Positions 58,279 to 64,000 of a stretch of DNA of 64,000 nucleotides are shown here, piece by piece; the first letter of the stretch is position 1; each line of letters begins with the position of its first letter. This stretch comes from Eledone cirrhosa (lineage: Eukaryota), in contig OZ024740.1 in the NCBI GenBank assembly GCA_964016885.1, positions 94,426,001-94,490,000 on the forward strand. Reading direction: 5' to 3'. The notes beneath the pieces are model-generated. The model ran no database searches and had not been told where the DNA came from. It was given only the letters and a program-made list of their open reading frames with translations. A program made the position numbers and the translations under genes.

Positions 58279-58399
58279 AAAGAGAAAACATGCTGACTAT
58301 AATTATAGCAAGAGGAAGGTAAAGTTCCATTGTAGTAGTATATCGAAATGTTCCTGGATTTAGGATCAAGCGATGACAGCAGCTGAGAAGAGATAAGTT

Positions 58400-58746
58400 T
58401 ATGGGTTGATGAAGTACTTACAGACATTTGTGTGGTATAGAACTAAGAAGGCTAGAATGTACTTAATGAATATATTTCTGTTGTGATTCGTGCAGAGTAG
58501 TGGGTATCCTGGTTGGAAGCTATGTTACGTCGGTTCGATTCATGGAGGTTTAAATCTTATGAATTTACTGGCAATTCTATGACTGCAGAAGATAGATCTT
58601 TCTAATTTGTTGTTAAGTAGCCTTTTTACATGTTTAAGGATATACAGTACTTCTAAATCACATAGCCCACAGTGGGACATACCTGTATTGTAGGTTTTAG
58701 CAGCCGACAGCCTCGACCAGTTGATACTGTAGTTAGTGTTGTTGTC

Positions 58747-58750
<4 letters not shown>
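58400..58750 (-). mobile_element. 3' fragment of a PLE GIY-YIG domain (same type as the 30.8-kb endonuclease)
   Basis: EDNNTNYSINWSRLSAAKTYNTGMSHCGLCDLEVLYILK..LLNNKLE..CSHR parallels LKENNLKYTIS..CNLC.ME..LNNKSE..CLHK; truncated at (TA)n. Confidence 0.75.
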
Positions 58751-58818
<68 letters not shown>

Positions 58819-59071
58819 GAAGATTTGCTTCAAAGTCGCTAGACGTTGCTGTGGTACTTGCGAATCCAGAGTCATGTTCAATCCACAAATATATCGTACC
58901 ACCAGCTGTTTGCCGGAGAAACAATTGTAATACGGTAATACATTGTGTTTCAATGTGTCACTGATTCTTCGTTTTCAATAATATTATACTCTGCTTTGAA
59001 GAAGAATAGAGTGATCAACCGGCACATCTCCTATGGACGCATCTAAGCAACCTTACTACAAATATGTATAC

Positions 59072-59173
<102 letters not shown>

Positions 59174-59321
59174 TTACACACGCGTATACATATGAGCTTT
59201 CCAGTTTGATTTCACATTATATACTTGTCTGTATATATTTTAATTTTTTAAGCATTACTTTTAAGCGAACATGATTTAAAAAAAAAAATTTAAAGCGAAC
59301 GTGACGTTTCACGGGTGATCT

Positions 59322-59775
59322 AGTATACTACTAAAAACTGTATGATTACTTGCTTGCTTGCTTGTCTCTAATGTAATACAGTACAAATGGTGCTTAATGG
59401 GAAAATACTTATGAAGGAAGTTGACACTGCAATGTGGACACAAATGGAATAAAACAAATTTCGAGTAAATCGGAGCACGTGTTCCGAGATATGGGGATTT
59501 TCCAGGATCGTTCATGAATAGAGAGACATAGAGAGAGAGAGTGAGAGACAGAGAGAGAGAGTGAGATAGATAGAGAGAAGGATATAGTGGTTGTGAGAGT
59601 GTAGATTGAAAGAAAGACATAGAGAAAGGGAGAGGAGACAGAACATGAGAGAGAGAGCGAGAGCTGAGGTGTTGTTGTGTATATATATATATATATATAT
59701 ATATGGGAGTGTCTATGTATATATGTGCGTGTGTGTTTCTATGACCAGTGTATATAGATCACAGACACCCATATA
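59322..59775. repeat. Dispersed repeat, copy 2 (sister at 53320-53715)
   Basis: Same orientation and shared blocks as copy 1. Confidence 0.8.
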
Positions 59776-60110
59776 TATTATATAGAACGACACACACATG
59801 GACACATATATATATATATATAAAATATGTAGTTTAGAAAGCCACAACAATGCAGATGGGAAATCTCGAGGTAGGAAGTGAGTGAGAAATAGGAGAAAAG
59901 TAAAAATTGAGAGAAACGAAAATGAAAACAAAACCAAAGTGAGACCCCGACGGCTGAGCTCAATCCGACATATAACATAATACAACCAGCTAACCACTGA
60001 TTAGTTAGCACCCCAAACACTAAATTGGGATAATACTTTGGTATATCCTAATGTTTGTTGAGTGAGATGGAGTTGGTCGGAGTATCGCTTAAGGCTTTCT
60101 CTGGTTATGT

Positions 60111-60143
<33 letters not shown>

Positions 60144-60171
60144 GAACGATGTATTGTATATATATATATAT

Positions 60172-60288
60172 ATAGGAACGAGAAGGACCCCGACGGCTGA
60201 GCTCAAGCCGTTTCAAAGGCTAATTCTGGTCCAGAGTTAGCCGTCGAAGCGGCTTGAGCTCAGCCGTCGGGGTCCTACTCGTTCCTAT
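60172..60288. repeat. GC-rich MITE-like hairpin, ~57-bp arms, 3-nt loop
   Basis: ataggaacgagaaggaccccgacggctgagctcaagccg..ggctaattctg-gtc-cagagttagcc..cggcttgagctcagccgtcggggtcctactcgttcctat; extra partial arm at 59943-59963. Confidence 0.9.
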
Positions 60289-60364
60289 TAACTACTCTAC
60301 TACCCTAAGTATTGAGTACTTTGGTGCGTTATGGTCCCCTTGGTTCCTTACCACATTTCCTTCG

Positions 60365-60423
<59 letters not shown>

Positions 60424-60502
60424 GAAAAATTGAACAGGGACAGAACAGAGAGGCAGTACAATAAATGTTTATTAAATTCACGCTCAGGAGAGTGGGGGTA
60501 GG

Positions 60503-60546
60503 TGGGGGACGACGTTTCGGGCATAAGCCCTTCTTCAGGTGAGAAG
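60503..60546 (-). ncRNA. Minimal hammerhead motif of the Neptune PLE
   Basis: cac-CTGAAGA-a gggc ttat gccc-GAAA-cgTC^-gt: intact core, 4-bp helix II, palindromic ACGT helix III; helix I weak. Confidence 0.7.
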
Positions 60547-61896
60547 TGTGTGGGAACAGAGTTCAAAAGGTGTGTAGGGGAGTGGTGGAGAGACATATAG
60601 CGAAAGGAAACGGTGCGAATGAAAAATTAACAAATAAAAACAAAAAATATAATAAATAAAAAATAAATCATGATCAAAATACAAGGAATGAGAAAATTTA
60701 AAAATAAAGGCATGATCAAAATAAACTGAAATTAAAAGAGGGGTAAACAGGTGTTGGAAGGGTGTGGGGTGAGTGGGGGTGGTGGCGGGTGGAGTGGGGA
60801 GAGGGAGACGGGTGCCCGAGCGGGGAGGGCTGAAGGTGGTGTGTGTGGTTAGGTGTGCGTGTGTGTGTGTGTGTATGTGAAAGTGAGGGTTGGGGGAATA
60901 ACGGGGTTGCATGTTCAGGAAGGTGTGTGCGGGGGGTGTTTTTGTGGGTCGGAGTGTCTGTGCATGTGTGGACAGGGGGGTGTGGGAGAGGAATCAGGAG
61001 GCTGAGGGTGTAAATATGTGGTGGGAAGCACGTGTGTGTTGTTTAAGCGTGTTGTGGGTGTGGGTGGCGTGTGGATAAAAATAATTGTTTTGGGAGTGTG
61101 TGTGTGGGTGAGTTATATAGGTGATGGTGTAAGAGGATGGTTGAAAAGTTGGTAAGTTCCACGGATGTTTGGAGATTTGGTTAGAAGTCAAATTCGCGTG
61201 TGGGTAATCCAAGAAGCGGTGGTCTGAAGAGGAGAGATGTGGGGTGCGCGTGCAACAGGAAGTGGTCAGCAGTGGGAGTGCTGTGGTCAGTTGGTGCTGA
61301 GAGGTTGTAGGAAGGGCATAGCAGCAGTCGGCGGAATGGTAGGGAGGCGAGGATGAATAGGTGCGAGAGTTGGAGTGGGGAGGGTGTGTGTGTGTGTGTG
61401 TGTGTGTATTAGTAGGGGTGTTAGTGGGATGAGTGAGTGTGGAGCGGGGAGAGAAGGCTGTGTGTGGTTCTATGGAGGGAGTGTGGTGTACTGGTGTGTG
61501 TGTAGTTTGGTGAAGAGGTGTTAGTGGGTGTTAGTATACGGGAGGTGGGGAGGGGTGGAATGCAGGTGTGTGTGGGGGTTAGTGGTGGTAGGGTGTGTAG
61601 AGTTGGTGATGCACGAGGGTGTGTGGGTACGTGTGCGTGGGGTTGGGGGGTGTTAGTGATGTTAGTTGCGTGTGGGGTGGGTGGTGTAAGTGGGTGCGTG
61701 TGTGCGTGTGATAAGGAGGGGTGAGGAGGAGAAGAGGGGAGGAAGGGGATGTTAGTATGTTTGTTGGGGAAGGCTGGTCAGATGAGGGGTGGAGTGGAGG
61801 TGTTAGTATTGTTAGTGTGGGGTTGGCGGTGAAAAGGACGGGTATGTTAGTGGTGTTAGTGGGGGATAAGTGTGGGAGTAGGGGGGCGGTCGAGCG

Positions 61897-63789
61897 CTAA
61901 AGGAATAAGGGAGGGGAGTTCAGACCGGGTGGAGTGTGGGTCTGTAAGATGAAGATAGTGCGTTGTTCGACCGTAAGGCGATGGGCGGGTGTTCCGTGGC
62001 ACTGGAGTAGGCCACAGACTGTGAGATGGCGGGCGGAGTGTCCAGGGCCACCAAAGTGGCGGGCGATGGGGGAACTGCCCCCGAGACGAATATCCCGGAG
62101 GTGCTCCGTGAGTCGGTCCGCCAGGCGACGTCCCGTCTGTCCGACATAAGTCGCGCTGCACTCCGTGCAACGAAGTCCGTAGACTAGGTTGGAGGATGTG
62201 CAGCGGAAGGCATGCCGGACCGAGAGAGAGTGGCCGTTGGGACCCTGGAAGATGGTGGTGTTGGTGATGTGGGGACAGGTGTTGCAGCGGGGCCTAGAAC
62301 AGGGGAAAGAACCGGGGGGGAACCGGAGCATGGCTTGGGGGGTAGGGACCTGTGGACGAGGAGGGTGCGGGGATTGCGTGCGCGTTTGAAGGAGGGGAGT
62401 GGTGGGGTTGGGAAGATGTGGGAGGTGGAGGGGTCGGACTGGAGGCGTCGGAAGAGGCGGCGGATGGTGCGGTGGAGGGGTAAGGTGGAGGGGTGGTAGG
62501 TGATGGGGAAGGGGAGACGGTGGGTGGGTGTGCGGTGGCGTGGGGTGAGGGTGGTGGAGCGGGGGATAGCACGGTTGCGGGTGAGAGCGGTGTAGACGAG
62601 AGAGGGGGGTAACCTCTGCGGATGAAATGGCTGACTAGGGAGAAGGGCCTGGGACTCGAAGTCAGCATCACGGCTACAGAGGCGGCGGATCCTGAGAAGT
62701 TGGGAGTAGGGAATGGAGAGTTTAGTGTGGGTGGGATGGGAAGAGGTGAAGTCGAGGTAAGAGTGGGAGTCGGTGGGTTTGAAGAAGGCGGAGGTTACGA
62801 GGGAGTGGTGGGAGGGGTCGAAGGCGACGGAGATGTCTAAGAAGTGGACGTGGGTGGTGAAGATAGAGGTGGTGAAGTGGAGGGAGTGGTGGAAGGAGCA
62901 GAAGAAGGAGAGAAAGGAGTCGAGCTGTACTCGGGTGAGGGTCGTGGCTCCGATACAGTCGTCAATGTAACGACCGTACAGTTCGGGCGTGGGGCCCGTG
63001 TACTGGGCAAAGATTTGGGCCTCAACATGACCAACAAAAAGGTTGGCATAGTTCGGGCCCATTCTTGTACCCATGGCTACCCCCGTGACCTGTTGGTAAA
63101 ACTCACCCAAGAAGGAGAAAGAATTTAGGGTGAGGACCAGCTCGGCGAGGCGAAGGAGGGTGGGGGTGGATGGAATGGGGGAGGGGCGAAGGTCGAGGTA
63201 GTGTTTTAGGGCGCGAAGGCCGTCGGCGTGGGGGATGACGGTATAGAGGGACTTGATGTCTAGGGTGAAGAGGAATGGGTGAGGGCCGGGTAGGTAGGTG
63301 AAGGAGTCGAAAAGGCGCAGGGCGTGGTTGGTGTCGGAGATGTGGGAGGGGAGGGTGGTGACAAAGGGGGCGAGGAGGGAGTCGAGAAAGGCGGAGATGA
63401 GTTCGGTGGGGCAGTTGCAAGCGGAGACGATAGGGCTGTCGTGGTTGTCGGGTTTGTGGAGTTTGGGGAGGAGGTAGATGGTGGGGGTGCGGGGGGTGCG
63501 GACGATGAGGTGGGAAGCGGTGGGGTGGAGGAGGGAGGAGGCGATAAGGTCTTTGATGGTGGAGGAGACTTGTTGTTGGTAGAGGGGGGTGTGATCGGAG
63601 GGTAGAGGGCGGTAAAAGAGGGGGTTACAGAGCTGCCTGAGGGCTTCGGCCGTGTAGAGGTCCGCGCGCCATACCACCACGGCGCCTCCCTTGTCCGCCG
63701 GTTTGATGACGATGTCATCTCGGCTACGGAGGGAGCGGAGAGCGAGGAGTTCGCCCCGTGAGATGTTGTGCCGTTTGGAACGGTCTGTG
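61897..63789 (-). pseudogene. PLE polyprotein (RT, Cys-rich linker, GIY-YIG endonuclease), frameshifted
   Basis: IKPADKGGAVVVW; FTLDIKSLYTVIP; YQQVTGVAMGTRMGPNYANLF; YGRYIDD; FLDI. After a frameshift near 62335: CSRPRCNTC, NLVYGLRCTECSATYVGQTGRRLADRLTEH, PIARHF, PPGLN. Compensating frameshifts near 62610-62645. Confidence 0.9.
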
Positions 63790-64000
63790 TGAAGTGTTAA
63801 AGTATTGGTTGATATATTTAATATTTAACAATGCCATTTCTTTATCTATTTATATATTTAATTATTGTCTATTACCGGTTTCTGCATTTATATGTTGTAT
63901 CAGATGATAGTGAAATGTATTAGCGTGGTGTCACACATGTTAAAGAGAAAGTGCAGAAAGAATAATGTTATATACGAACAAGGTTTAAGAAGTGAAAAGA
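63790..64000 (-). mobile_element. Pseudo-LTR of the AT-rich PLE family seen at 21.2-23.7 kb (runs off the window)
   Basis: Reverse complement of ~23352-23536, including the hammerhead remnant ctgatac..atgca-gaaa-ccggta at 63868-63912. Confidence 0.88.

Larger units (their letters stand above)
60422..63789 (-). mobile_element. GC-rich, 5'-truncated Neptune-type Penelope-like element with long 3'UTR/pseudo-LTR
   Basis: RT followed by GIY-YIG; hammerhead motif at 60503-60546; AATAAA at 60468-60473 (minus); ends in (TA)n. Confidence 0.92.

Overview
AT-rich, microsatellite-dense eukaryotic DNA made up almost entirely of transposable elements. The repeat families look like those of an octopod cephalopod (my inference from memory, not a database hit). 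I found no host gene with confidence. (1) Positions 1-8240 are a nest built in (TAA)n tracts. It holds an intact 1130-aa R4/Dong-clade retrotransposon (Myb-like, RT, CCHC, restriction-like endonuclease), an internally deleted sister copy, and a 60-bp fragment of a different Dong family, all between two convergent LINE tails. A third, older Dong copy lies at 38.7-42.4 kb. (2) There are at least three families of Penelope-like elements (PLEs). One is bracketed by 0.9/1.3-kb inverted arms (28.6-33.0 kb) and one is a GC-rich Neptune-type copy (60.4-63.8 kb). (3) Several type I hammerhead-ribozyme motifs occur; two of them (56021-56098 and 28171-28237) can be folded by hand into all three helices. 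(4) Also present: tRNA-derived SINEs with clear target-site duplications (TSDs), RTE, Tx1/L1 and MULE remnants, several long hairpins or palindromes, and a repeat carrying a tRNA cloverleaf that lacks exactly its 3-nt anticodon. Most other ORFs in the track are microsatellite or antisense artefacts. Everything was read by eye; nothing was computed or searched.
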